A stretch of DNA of 64,000 nt, taken from NCBI GenBank assembly GCA_013816135.1, contig JACDEV010000002.1, positions 33,120-97,119 of the forward strand, read 5' to 3'. Of the stretch, positions 35,950-45,461 are shown in pieces; positions within the stretch are counted from its first letter, which is position 1; every line of letters starts with the position of its first letter. The notes below the pieces were generated by a model. The model had not been told where the DNA came from. It worked only from the letters and a program-made list of their open reading frames with translations, and searched no databases. This DNA is from Patescibacteria group bacterium. GTDB lineage: Bacteria > Patescibacteriota > Minisyncoccia > Phycocordibacterales > DATDWN01. Both the position numbers and the translations under genes were made by a program.

Positions 35950-36372
35950 ATGATTTAAGTTAGATTAATTCTAACTTATTAATTTTATAAAAGCCAAGGA
36001 GAACAACACACTGTCAGGTTTTCCTTCGCCTCTCAAACTTGTCGTCACGTGGCCGTTCGCCTCCTTACAGGAGCAGTACACCTTGCCTGGTTTTTTCATT
36101 CACTTTGTTCTGAAAAAACCAGGCAAGGTCTTGCGACTGGGACCCTTATCCCAGTCTCACCTCTCAGGTAAACCTGACAGCGTGGCACGCAAAAATCCGC
36201 TTTCGCGGATTTTTTCGTGAGCCACCTTGTCTTCTGGGAAACACCACAAGAGTACTTCCATTTGCTAAAGCAAATTAGGTCGCCCACGGTTTTCCCAATC
36301 CTTCCTCCACGGGAAACTCCCGTTTCCCGACCCCTTCCCGCTGACAGGAAAATCTCACTAATGTGAGATTTT

Positions 36373-36448
36373 TGGAGCCACCTGTCAGGTTTGAACTGAC
36401 GACCTGCCGTTTACAAAACGGCTGCTCTACCAACTGAGCTAAGGTGGC
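36373..36448 (-). tRNA. tRNA-Thr (anticodon UGU), CCA encoded
   Basis: Reverse complement GCCACCTTAGCTCAGTTGGTAGAGCAGCCGTTTTGTAAACGGCAGGTCGTCAGTTCAAACCTGACAGGTGGCTCCA folds as a cloverleaf. 7-bp acceptor stem, anticodon loop TTTGTAA, T-arm GTCAG/CTGAC. Confidence 0.85.
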
Positions 36449-36564
36449 AATAATTAAATTCGTGGCGGGCAGGGCTAAGGTGGCAATATTTACTTTTAAT
36501 CCTAGGCTTTAGGCCACCAAATTAACTCATTGAATTTAACATTCTTCGAGCTTTATTTCAAGCT

Positions 36565-36945
36565 TTAAACCTTGTTGCTTTTTATACCTGGTCTCTCTTC
36601 TGACAATCTTTCAAGGAAAAAAGAAACAGATCCATTACTTCGGAGTATTCTTCTTCCACGAAGATCATCTCCAGCGCTATAGTATTTTTTTGCTACATAA
36701 TCCTTCAATCGAACGATAAGTTCATATAAGTATGAAGGTAAAAAATCAAACAAAAATAGGTTCATTATTTTACGATATAGATTGTACTTGCTAATACCGT
36801 GATTTATCAAAGCATGTATCTTCACATCTCCTTTGTGAAAAAGGTCAGATAAAAAGCCGATCTTTTTAACCTTAGTTTCAAAGATCTTTGAAACTACCAA
36901 CATAAACAATACGAACAAAGATAATACAAATAATACAGTTGTCAT
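36565..36945 (-). CDS. hypothetical membrane-anchored protein
   Basis: 126-aa ORF with an N-terminal TM helix. Confidence 0.4.
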   Translation of the reverse strand: MTTVLFVLSLFVLFMLVVSKIFETKVKKIGFLSDLFHKGDVKIHALINHGISKYNLYRKIMNLFLFDFLPSYLYELIVRLKDYVAKKYYSAGDDLRGRRILRSNGSVSFFLERLSEERPGIKSNKV

Positions 36946-36954
36946 AATATTTAA

Positions 36955-37449
36955 TTATTTAGAAACAGAGTATCGAGTGAACCTGGATATTTCTATGTTT
37001 TCGCCAAATTTCTGAACTGCCCTCTGGATAAGGCTCAAAATCGTTATCTCTGGGTTTTTTATAAAAGGTTGATTTAACAATACATCTTCTGGTTCTCCAC
37101 CTTCGGTCACGTCTTCCAATTTTAGGAAGCGAGGATTAGCGGCAGCGATGTGCATTGCTATGTCGCGAGCCATTTTCTTGAATTCTTCGTTCTGTGCAAC
37201 GAAGTCTGTCTCACATAGTAATTCTACCATAGTGCCTACAGTTCCGGTAGCATGAATATAAGAAGAAACTACTCCTGCAGCCAAAGTTCTATCACCTTTT
37301 TTGCTAGCAATATCAGCGCTTTTTGCCTGTAATATAGCCACTGCCTTCTCCTTATCCCCACCTGCTTCCTCTAATGCCTTCTTACACTGCATGACAGATA
37401 CACCCGTCATGTCACGTAACTCTTTTATAAGTTCTGTTGTTATTTCCAT
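36955..37449 (-). CDS. tsf: elongation factor Ts (short form)
   Basis: N-terminal UBA-like ELRDMTGVSVMQCKKALEEAGGD. Adjacent to rpsB. Confidence 0.85.
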   Translation of the reverse strand: MEITTELIKELRDMTGVSVMQCKKALEEAGGDKEKAVAILQAKSADIASKKGDRTLAAGVVSSYIHATGTVGTMVELLCETDFVAQNEEFKKMARDIAMHIAAANPRFLKLEDVTEGGEPEDVLLNQPFIKNPEITILSLIQRAVQKFGENIEISRFTRYSVSK

Positions 37450-37508
37450 AATTTTAAATTAAATATACGAATATGCGAATAATTCGAATCAACGAATGGC
37501 TACGAATA

Positions 37509-38255
37509 TTACTGAGTCAATGCTGGAGCGTCTGTCTTTTTCATCTGGCCGGCTTTGTAAGCTTCTGCCACTTTCTGAAGGAAGTATTCGATGCTTGTTC
37601 TTGATGCATCGTTTCCTGGAATTGGAAATTCAACTTCGTTTAGGTTGTTATCTGTACCAGAAAGGCTAATCACAGGAATTCCCATCTTCTGAGCTTCTTT
37701 GACAGCGATAAATTCCTTCTTGCTGTCCACAACAAAGATAGCTTTTGGAAGATTCTTCATAACTGAAAGTCCGAAGAAAAATTCTCTAAGCTTATCTATT
37801 TCACGGTCGATAAGTAATCTTTCTTTTTTTGTATATTTTACCAATTCCCCTTTCTCTCTCTGTGACACAAGAGTCTCTAGCTTTTCTACTCGCTTTCGGA
37901 TTTCTGGGAAGTTAGTCAAAGATCCTCCGATAAATCGTCCAGCTACGTATGGCATGTTGATTCCCTCAGCTACCGCTGTGATAGCTGCTCTAGCCTCATT
38001 TTTACCGCTCACAAATAGAATCTTGCTACCTGTCTCTCCTAGGCTCTCAACGAAGTCTAGTGCTCTTTTCAAAGAGTCTTTTGTTTTCTCAAGGTCAAAA
38101 ATCTCAATCTTATTCTTTACTCCGAAGATAAAAGGCTTTGTGCTTGGGTGTCGTCTTGATTTAACGAAACCGAAGTGTGCCCCTACAGAAAAAAGAGCGT
38201 CTACAACGCTGTTATCTATAGTTGTTGCAATTTCTGTATCTGTTGTTTTTGTCAT
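37509..38255 (-). CDS. rpsB: 30S ribosomal protein S2
   Basis: LFSVGAHFGFVKSRRHPSTKPFIFG matches the S2 signature. Confidence 0.9.
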   Translation of the reverse strand: MTKTTDTEIATTIDNSVVDALFSVGAHFGFVKSRRHPSTKPFIFGVKNKIEIFDLEKTKDSLKRALDFVESLGETGSKILFVSGKNEARAAITAVAEGINMPYVAGRFIGGSLTNFPEIRKRVEKLETLVSQREKGELVKYTKKERLLIDREIDKLREFFFGLSVMKNLPKAIFVVDSKKEFIAVKEAQKMGIPVISLSGTDNNLNEVEFPIPGNDASRTSIEYFLQKVAEAYKAGQMKKTDAPALTQ

Positions 38256-38309
38256 GTATAAAAACTAGCTTAGCAGAAAGTCATACTTAGCGCAACTGTA
38301 TTGTGAGTC

Positions 38310-38358
38310 AAAAAAAGACCACTTAGTGGTCTAGGTCGGTGGCTCAAGCCACCGACCT
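38310..38358 (-). terminator. double-hairpin rho-independent terminator
   Basis: AGGTCGGTGGCTCAAGCCACCGACCT and AGACCACTTAGTGGTCT followed by 7 T on the minus strand. Confidence 0.6.
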
Positions 38359-38390
38359 CAGTATTTAACTAGATTTAAAAATTGTGTGCT

Positions 38391-38861
38391 TTAATCGCCT
38401 GGATAGAAAACTCTTGTACCACTTTGAGAGATCAAGTATGGTGCCCACGCAACCAAACCCCACCAGGGTTTTGATGGACACCACATGACGGTAATGGGGC
38501 AAGAATCAATGAAGAAGAGATTGACCACGTCACCTTTAGTAACAAGCAATCCCTCTTCACCATTCCATTGCAAAGTGATGAGTTCTTCAATGACCGCTAG
38601 AGCTTGCGACTTATCAAAAACATGTTGAGTTGGCAACATTTTTCTGATCTCGTAATCCCTCATATCCTGAGTGATCTGGGTACTGTTGAGTTTAACAATT
38701 GTCCCCATCTCTGTTGGATGCGTATTCGCAACGGCTAGTTGAAGAAAAGAGTCTCGCACATAGAGTCCTTCTCGAGTGCGATAGAACCTAGATGGGTCCC
38801 GATATTGACTTATCGTAAGTTCTGATGAAATAGCTGGAGTCAAACTTGTAATTGCTGTCAT
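38391..38861 (-). CDS. hypothetical protein
   Basis: 156-aa ORF followed by a strong terminator. Confidence 0.4.
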   Translation of the reverse strand: MTAITSLTPAISSELTISQYRDPSRFYRTREGLYVRDSFLQLAVANTHPTEMGTIVKLNSTQITQDMRDYEIRKMLPTQHVFDKSQALAVIEELITLQWNGEEGLLVTKGDVVNLFFIDSCPITVMWCPSKPWWGLVAWAPYLISQSGTRVFYPGD

Positions 38862-39065
38862 AACTTCACCTCTATCTATACCATAACATCTTAAACTAAT
38901 TTGTCAAACGTTTTTCGAATAATGCTAAATTAAAATCTCGTTGGCTCATAATCTTTTTGGAGGCTCAGAAGCGCGACGGCGCGAGGATTCGAGAGATTTT
39001 TCAGTAAGAAAAATCGCGTACTCCAAAAAGGTTGTGAGTCAAGAAGAGATTTTATAAATACAAAA

Positions 39066-40037
39066 TTACTCACTATCATCAACCACTCCTTGCCCATCGT
39101 AATTCGCCATTGCCTCCAAAATAGGCTCAATTCCCCCAGCTTGGATCTTTTCGATATTGTGCCATGACTGCTTGATACGGTGGTCAGTAATTCTATCTTG
39201 TAAAATATTATAAGTACGAATTTTCTCGGATCTGTCCGCAGTACCGATTTGAGACTTTCTGTCGGCTGAATATTTTGCCGCTTCTTCCTCTTCTTTTTTT
39301 GCTTCAAGTTTGGCAATAAGTATGCTCATAGCCATTTCTTTGTTTTTGAGCTGATTTCTCTGGGAAGTAGAGCGAACATCAATTCCTGTAGGTATATGAA
39401 TGATACGTACCGCAGTTTCCACCTTGTTCACATTCTGACCTCCAGCGCCTCCAGATCTCGAAGTCTCAATTTCAAGATCAGATGGCTTTATCTCAATACT
39501 AGTCTTTTTTCTAACGGGTAGAACAGCAACTGTAGCAGTAGAGGTATGAACTCTGCCCATCTTCTCGGTTGCTGGGATTCTCTGAACTCTATGAACTCCA
39601 GTTTCAAATCGTAAATTCTTATAAACATCTTTACCTCTTATCTCGAAAGAAGCTTCTTTGTAACCTCCAACAGCACTGTGTGATTCGTTCACTACATGAG
39701 CAACCCAGCCTTGGTTTTTGGCATAAGTACAATACATATTAGCTAGTTCTTCGGCAAAAAGAGAAGCTTCTTCTCCTCCTGCTCCTGCTCGAACTTCTAA
39801 GATAACTTCGTTTGGAAATTCTTCTATCTTTTCATCCTCCTTTAAAATCTCATCCATCTGGTTAAATAGTGCTTCTTTTTGTTCACGAAGAGACTTCAAT
39901 TCTGACTCCGCTAATTCAGCAAGATTTGGATCATGCTTGATCATATCTTCTGTAGCGACTTCTTCATCTACAAGTTTATTATAGAGTTCAGCTAAGTAAG
40001 AGGTCTTCTGATTTTGTTGAAATCTTTCTATGTCCAT
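39066..40037 (-). CDS. prfA: peptide chain release factor 1
   Basis: GGQ motif ([11 protein letters not shown]) and the PAT tripeptide ([14 protein letters not shown]) that is diagnostic of RF1. Confidence 0.85.
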   Translation of the reverse strand: MDIERFQQNQKTSYLAELYNKLVDEEVATEDMIKHDPNLAELAESELKSLREQKEALFNQMDEILKEDEKIEEFPNEVILEVRAGAGGEEASLFAEELANMYCTYAKNQGWVAHVVNESHSAVGGYKEASFEIRGKDVYKNLRFETGVHRVQRIPATEKMGRVHTSTATVAVLPVRKKTSIEIKPSDLEIETSRSGGAGGQNVNKVETAVRIIHIPTGIDVRSTSQRNQLKNKEMAMSILIAKLEAKKEEEEAAKYSADRKSQIGTADRSEKIRTYNILQDRITDHRIKQSWHNIEKIQAGGIEPILEAMANYDGQGVVDDSE

Positions 40038-40164
40038 TGTGTTAAGTATAGCAATTAAGAACCAAGAAAATAGCCCTGGATGCTAGGCGCGGAAAGATTT
40101 TCGAGTGAGATGTACATTGAGTACATTGAACGAGAAAATCTGCATCGCAACAACGCAGACAGGG

Positions 40165-40437
40165 TTATTTTGTTGTGTTCTTACCGGCTTTAGCTTTGGC
40201 GACTCTCGCTTTGAACTTCTCCGCTCTTCCAGCAGTATCGAGTGACTTCTCATTTCCAGTATAAAAAGGATGTGATGCACTAGAAACTTCAAGTCGAAAC
40301 AATGGATATTCTTTACCATCTTTAGCTTTGCCTTGTTCAGTTGTAACTACTGTAGACGAAATAACAAACTCAGCTGAATTTGAGTTATCAATAAATAGTA
40401 CTTTCCTATAGTTCTTTGGATGTATGTCTTTTTTCAT
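40165..40437 (-). CDS. rpmE: 50S ribosomal protein L31 (type B, non-zinc)
   Basis: MKKDIHPKNYRKVLF...HPFYTG. Confidence 0.85.
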   Translation of the reverse strand: MKKDIHPKNYRKVLFIDNSNSAEFVISSTVVTTEQGKAKDGKEYPLFRLEVSSASHPFYTGNEKSLDTAGRAEKFKARVAKAKAGKNTTK

Positions 40438-40547
40438 GTTTTTATTGCTCCACTACTCTATCAAAATAGGCCTATTTTTGCAAGATTTGCAATATAAAGA
40501 TTTCTATGTAGTATTTTCAGGAGAACAACGTAATTGAAGAGGTTAAT

Positions 40548-40925
40548 ATGGTTTTCAATCCGAAGACAGATCAGTGGATGAAAAGAGTCCAAGCAGAAGA
40601 AATTGAACGAATTCGAAAGGAAATTCGTAAACTTCCTCGAAACATAAGCTCATTGATTGAAAAAGGTGAAGACACAATAGATGAGCATTTCAAATTCAGA
40701 GATAAAGAAAAGGAAACTGGTAGATATACAAGTGAGGACGTTATTGGTTTGAATGTCTTTCATCTTGGAGAAAACATTCCTGGGGATGTTTTGAAATATC
40801 TAATGATGCTTTACACTGCCTCTGGCTTTTATCATGTTGGCTTTATGTGCGATCAATTCTCGACTGAAAACAGTGCGACTCGAGTGAAATACCCGAACTC
40901 AATCACATTAAGAATTTCTCGCTAA
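40548..40925 (+). CDS. hypothetical protein
   Basis: 125-aa ORF. Confidence 0.3.
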   Translation: MVFNPKTDQWMKRVQAEEIERIRKEIRKLPRNISSLIEKGEDTIDEHFKFRDKEKETGRYTSEDVIGLNVFHLGENIPGDVLKYLMMLYTASGFYHVGFMCDQFSTENSATRVKYPNSITLRISR

Positions 40926-40986
40926 AAACCCATCACCCTGGGACAGAATTCCTGTCATATCATGTGTATGGGTTTTCTGTTTTAAG

Positions 40987-42390
40987 CTAAAAATTTAAAG
41001 GGTCGATCATAGTGGTCTGGATGCGCTCTGCAATACTCATCACACTATTTCCATACGAAATATTCGGCGGTTGTCGATTTGAAGAACAAACTGACCCCGA
41101 ATAATACTTACACGCGGCATTTCTTTCAGCTGTATATGAACCTGAAACTGCACCTAGTTCTTTCATATAAATAGCAGTTGCCATAAATGCGTCACGAGCA
41201 TTCCATGGATTAGCATTATCCCCAGAAATTCCTATCATTGAACCTACCTTATCTTTAAAAAGTTCCCAAGTTGATGGAATAAATTGTGATGGACCCATAC
41301 CTCCTCCATATCCTCGACTGGAACTATAGGTTGCTCCGAGCGGACATGATATAGGTGTGGTCTTCCAATCTTTTCCTAGTCGTGCCGTTATGGTTTGAAA
41401 CGGAACTGTATCCCTCGGTGCCTTCATTACCTTCTCAAAAATCGTGCCAGAATTTTTACCAACACCATCTCCGCTTGTAATATCTGTTAGTAAACATGAA
41501 CCTACATTTTGACCAAGGTTGCTTTCTTGGGTCAAAATAGCCAATAGGAAAGCTGTACGAGTTCCTGTCTTTTCAGCTGCTTGTTGGGCATATTGTAATG
41601 CTTCTCCGAAAGAAATAGCTCCTGTATCTCGCAACTTAAATAAAGCTGCCTTAATTTCATTTGCTCTCTTCTGCTTTTCAGCTAGGACTTGTTCGTAGGT
41701 TTTCTCTTGGGTTTTGTTAACAGTTATTAAATACTGTTTTTGTTTTTCATTAATTTCCACCTGTTTCTTCTGAGCCTCAACTGCCATTTTGGTGTCTATT
41801 TCTTTTATTTTAGCGGTGTCTAGAGAAGCTTTTTCTTTTTCTGTCACTGCTTTTGTATCACGAATCTGGTTAAAAAGATCCTGAAGAGATTTCTTTATCA
41901 TTCGGAATGAATCGATATCTGAGAAAAAATCTGAAATATTTTTGTTACCCAAAACAACTTCCATTAGTGAAAATTGATCAATCTGATTTGTCTTCCGAAG
42001 AAGTTGTGAAAGGGATTCATGCCCCTTTTCTATTTTTGCCTCAAGCTGATTTATTTTTACAGTTTTTTTATTAATATCTACACCCAACTGTTGAATGTTT
42101 ATATTTCTCTGTTTTATTAGGGCCTGAGCCTGTTTAATCTTCGCGTTCAGTATAGCTGCATCTTGTTGAAGAGATTTAGTATTGGCTTTTGTGCTGTTTA
42201 ATATAGATTGCCACTTAAGAATATCCTGTTCTGTTTGAGCAAGTTCATCTCTCCAAATGGCTTCTTGCTCTTCTTGAGTTATTGCAAAAACCTTTTCAAA
42301 TTTGAAAAAAGTGACTGAAAATAGACATAGGAATACAAAAAAACCAATCAAAATAGACTTTCTGGATAATTGAAAGGACATTGTATGCAT
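40987..42390 (-). CDS. membrane-anchored coiled-coil protein with C-terminal lytic transglycosylase (SLT/GH23-like) domain
   Basis: N-terminal TM helix and ~250 aa of coiled coil. The C-terminus has ILTQESNLGQ (catalytic Glu context) and GGMGPSQFIPSTW. Confidence 0.7.
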   Translation of the reverse strand: MHTMSFQLSRKSILIGFFVFLCLFSVTFFKFEKVFAITQEEQEAIWRDELAQTEQDILKWQSILNSTKANTKSLQQDAAILNAKIKQAQALIKQRNINIQQLGVDINKKTVKINQLEAKIEKGHESLSQLLRKTNQIDQFSLMEVVLGNKNISDFFSDIDSFRMIKKSLQDLFNQIRDTKAVTEKEKASLDTAKIKEIDTKMAVEAQKKQVEINEKQKQYLITVNKTQEKTYEQVLAEKQKRANEIKAALFKLRDTGAISFGEALQYAQQAAEKTGTRTAFLLAILTQESNLGQNVGSCLLTDITSGDGVGKNSGTIFEKVMKAPRDTVPFQTITARLGKDWKTTPISCPLGATYSSSRGYGGGMGPSQFIPSTWELFKDKVGSMIGISGDNANPWNARDAFMATAIYMKELGAVSGSYTAERNAACKYYSGSVCSSNRQPPNISYGNSVMSIAERIQTTMIDPLNF

Positions 42391-42553
42391 TCTATTTATT
42401 ATACCTTCAATTCACACTTATTTAAAGACGAAATAACCTATAGAATATTACCTCTTATAGCAAAATTAGCGAAAAGAACTTAGATGCTAGGTGCAAAAGT
42501 TGCAACCTGCGTGCAGTGGCAAGCAACACAGATGAGTTCGTTTCGCTGATTTT

Positions 42554-43192
42554 TTAGGCTTCTGGGATGACTTCCTCCTCCTTCTTACCCTTCTTTTCTA
42601 CTTCAATTGTAGACAAGTCTACTGGTGTAGTATCTTCTACTTCTTCTTCCTTAGGAGCTGCAGCAGAAGCTACAACCTGATCAGGAAGCTCGATTAAAGT
42701 TACACCTGTTGGAAGTTTGATTTCAGAAGCAATAATTACACTGTCGAAAGTTTCAAGAGTTGAAATATCAACCTTAATGTCATGAGGAATATGTTGTGGA
42801 TCTGCGGAAATTTTTAATTCGTGTAGGGCTTTTACCAAGCTTCCTCCTAAGTCTTTAACTGCAGGAGCAACGCCTATGAAATCCAATGGTACAGAAACTT
42901 CGAGTTTCTTTCCTTTTTCGAATACGTAGAAATCAGCATGTCGTGGGATATCAGAAACTGGATCAAGGTCAACAGCTTTGATAAGTGCATCAACTGGACC
43001 TGTAGCACTCTGAAGAGTTACAACTCCTGATTCACCTACTGCATGCCAAACTTTAATAAATTCCTTTCGTATTAGAGTAATTGGAGTAGCGTTTGTCTTC
43101 TTTCCGTAAAAAACTGCAGGCATTTTGCCTTCTTTCCTGAGGAGATCTAGATTTTCTTTATTATCTCGTAGAGCAGCATCTAATGTAGTCAT
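42554..43192 (-). CDS. rplY: 50S ribosomal protein L25 / general stress protein Ctc
   Basis: L25 N-domain (RKEGKMPAVFYGK) with the Ctc-type C-terminal extension. Confidence 0.85.
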   Translation of the reverse strand: MTTLDAALRDNKENLDLLRKEGKMPAVFYGKKTNATPITLIRKEFIKVWHAVGESGVVTLQSATGPVDALIKAVDLDPVSDIPRHADFYVFEKGKKLEVSVPLDFIGVAPAVKDLGGSLVKALHELKISADPQHIPHDIKVDISTLETFDSVIIASEIKLPTGVTLIELPDQVVASAAAPKEEEVEDTTPVDLSTIEVEKKGKKEEEVIPEA

Positions 43193-43407
43193 TCGGCCAG
43201 TATATAGAAAAGGTGATAAAAAATCAACCTCCGATCACAATTACAAAATCTCTTTCTCATCATATCTTTTTTTGAGCCACATAAAAGCCTACTGGCTTTT
43301 TGTTCTGTCTCGGCTACCCGCCTGCGAATGCTCCAAAAAAAATATTACTCGACGAGATTTTGTACACTAGCTCAAATCTAAGTTTCGAAGTTACTTATTG
43401 TTATCTG

Positions 43408-44274
43408 TTATATGTTATTGAAAAAGCGGAGTTTTTTTTCGACTACATCTTGAACAGCTTTAATTGAAGTTTTGAGATATTTGTAAGGAGCTACTTCGTC
43501 TGGGTTTTCGTTTAATCCGAGCATCAAGCCTTGCTTAAAGGCTACTCTGATCTCTGTATTTATATGTACGATTGAAACACCGTTTGCGATCGCCTGTTTA
43601 AAGTCATCTTCTGAGTTACCTGAACCACCATGGAGAACTAACGGAATACCGACTGCCTCTGATATTGCTTTCGTCCTTTCAATGTTTAATTTCGGATCAA
43701 TGCCTCCACGTAGCATGCCATGGAAGTTTCCAATGGCAGGAGCGAGCATGTCGACTCCAGTTTGTTCCACAAACTCTTTAGCCTTTACAGGATCAGTAAG
43801 AGAACTCTCATCAAGAAGAACTCCGTCTGGTATAGCATCCAAGACCTTGGAGGATGTCCCTATGAAACCAAGTTCGGCTTCGACAAGAATATCGGGATTT
43901 ACACTTCGGGCGTACTCTACACATTGTTTTGTGATTTTTACATTTTCTTCAAATGAAAGTTTTGCTCCGTCGAAGATGACCGAGTCAAAACCAGCATCAA
44001 TTGCTTCTTTTACCCTTTCAAATGAATATGTATGATCAGCATTTAGAAAAATAGGATAATTATATTGTTCACGAATGCTTTTTACCAAGGCAGTCACTTG
44101 AGGAACCCCTATATAGTCTCTCTCACCTTCTGATGCGCCAATAATAACAGGTAAGTTTAAAGATTGTGCTGCTCGAAAGATACCCCACAAAGCCTCAAGA
44201 TTAGAAATATTGAAATGACCGACCGCAACTTTATTTTCTTTAGCTTCTTTTACGCATTCTCTTAGTGTTTTCAT
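43408..44274 (-). CDS. fba: class II fructose-bisphosphate aldolase family
   Basis: VAVGHFNISNLE, LVLHGGSG and GNFHG motifs. Confidence 0.85.
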   Translation of the reverse strand: MKTLRECVKEAKENKVAVGHFNISNLEALWGIFRAAQSLNLPVIIGASEGERDYIGVPQVTALVKSIREQYNYPIFLNADHTYSFERVKEAIDAGFDSVIFDGAKLSFEENVKITKQCVEYARSVNPDILVEAELGFIGTSSKVLDAIPDGVLLDESSLTDPVKAKEFVEQTGVDMLAPAIGNFHGMLRGGIDPKLNIERTKAISEAVGIPLVLHGGSGNSEDDFKQAIANGVSIVHINTEIRVAFKQGLMLGLNENPDEVAPYKYLKTSIKAVQDVVEKKLRFFNNI

Positions 44275-44348
44275 TGGATAATTGTAACATAAATTTTTTT
44301 AGGTAAAAATGACTATGATTAGAGCTGATATTTTGATATAATTTGTAA

Positions 44349-45350
44349 ATGTTACAAACAGATATTCTTTCTATTGGAGATATAACAACAGATGCTTTCA
44401 TAAAAATCAGCAACGCAGAAGTTCATTGTGATATCGATAAACAAAACTGTAAGCTCTGTGTTAACTTCGGCGACAAGATTCCTTACGACTCCGTAACTCT
44501 GGTTAAAGCTGTAGGAAACAGCGCAAATGCTGCAGTTTCTGCAGCCAGACTTGGACTGAATTCGGCTTTGCTTGCATATGTTGGAGATGATGAAAACGGA
44601 AAAGACGATATTGAAATTTTGAAAAAAAATAATGTCGACACTAAATATGTCAGAGTAGAAGAAGGAAAGAAAACAAACTACCACTATGTCCTATGGTATG
44701 ACGTTGATAGGACAATATTAGTTAAACATGAAAGTTTTAGTTATGAATTAGGAGATATTGAACCACCAAAATGGATCTATTTAAGTTCGCTCGGGGACAA
44801 CACTCTAGATTTTCATATACAAATCGCAGACTATATTGAAAAAAATCCTAACATTAAGCTTGCTTTCCAACCTGGAACATTCCAAATTAAAATTGGGAAA
44901 GAAGCTCTAAAAAAAATCTACAGCCAGACTGAAATATTTTTTTGTAATGTCGAGGAAGCTCAGCTTATTTTAAGTGAATCTTCACGAGCTATTCCTGTTC
45001 TTGTAAAAGGTATTGCTTCCTTGGGTCCAAAAACTGTAGTTATTACTGATGGTTTCGCTGGAGCTTATGCGTGTGATACAAAAAACGATGCAGAGACAAT
45101 ATGGTTTATGCCTGTTTATCCTCATACTCCTATCGAAAGAACAGGAGCTGGTGATGCTTTTGCTTCAACTATAGTTTCTGCAATCATTCTAGGTAAAACA
45201 CTCCAAGACGCTTTGACTTGGGCACCTATAAACTCCATGTCAGTTGTACAAAAAGTCGGAGCACAAGAAGGACTACTTTCTAAAACGGAGATTGAAAACT
45301 ATCTAGCAAAAGCTCCTGAGGATTACAAACCTTCAAAACTAAATTCCTAA
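44349..45350 (+). CDS. PfkB-family carbohydrate kinase (possible 6-phosphofructokinase/ribokinase-like)
   Basis: C-terminal GAGDAFAS anion-hole motif. Ribokinase-fold blocks. Confidence 0.8.
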   Translation: MLQTDILSIGDITTDAFIKISNAEVHCDIDKQNCKLCVNFGDKIPYDSVTLVKAVGNSANAAVSAARLGLNSALLAYVGDDENGKDDIEILKKNNVDTKYVRVEEGKKTNYHYVLWYDVDRTILVKHESFSYELGDIEPPKWIYLSSLGDNTLDFHIQIADYIEKNPNIKLAFQPGTFQIKIGKEALKKIYSQTEIFFCNVEEAQLILSESSRAIPVLVKGIASLGPKTVVITDGFAGAYACDTKNDAETIWFMPVYPHTPIERTGAGDAFASTIVSAIILGKTLQDALTWAPINSMSVVQKVGAQEGLLSKTEIENYLAKAPEDYKPSKLNS

Positions 45351-45461
45351 AAGTTTTTAAAATTGCTTTAGATGCTAGGCGTGTGAGATTTTATGAGTGA
45401 GCCGTACATTTAGTACGGTGAAAGAATAAAATTGAAACACAACAACGCAGATGAAGTGTTT

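Noticed and set aside
36096-36287. 63-aa ORF next to tRNA-Thr
   Set aside because: Lies inside the GC-rich hairpin-dense region. No RBS. Likely non-coding.
37699-38268. 189-aa plus-strand ORF
   Set aside because: Antisense to rpsB, which is strongly supported.
38930-39316. 128-aa minus-strand ORF overlapping prfA
   Set aside because: Out-of-frame overlap with the well-supported prfA. The region downstream of prfA is the conserved 3' element instead.
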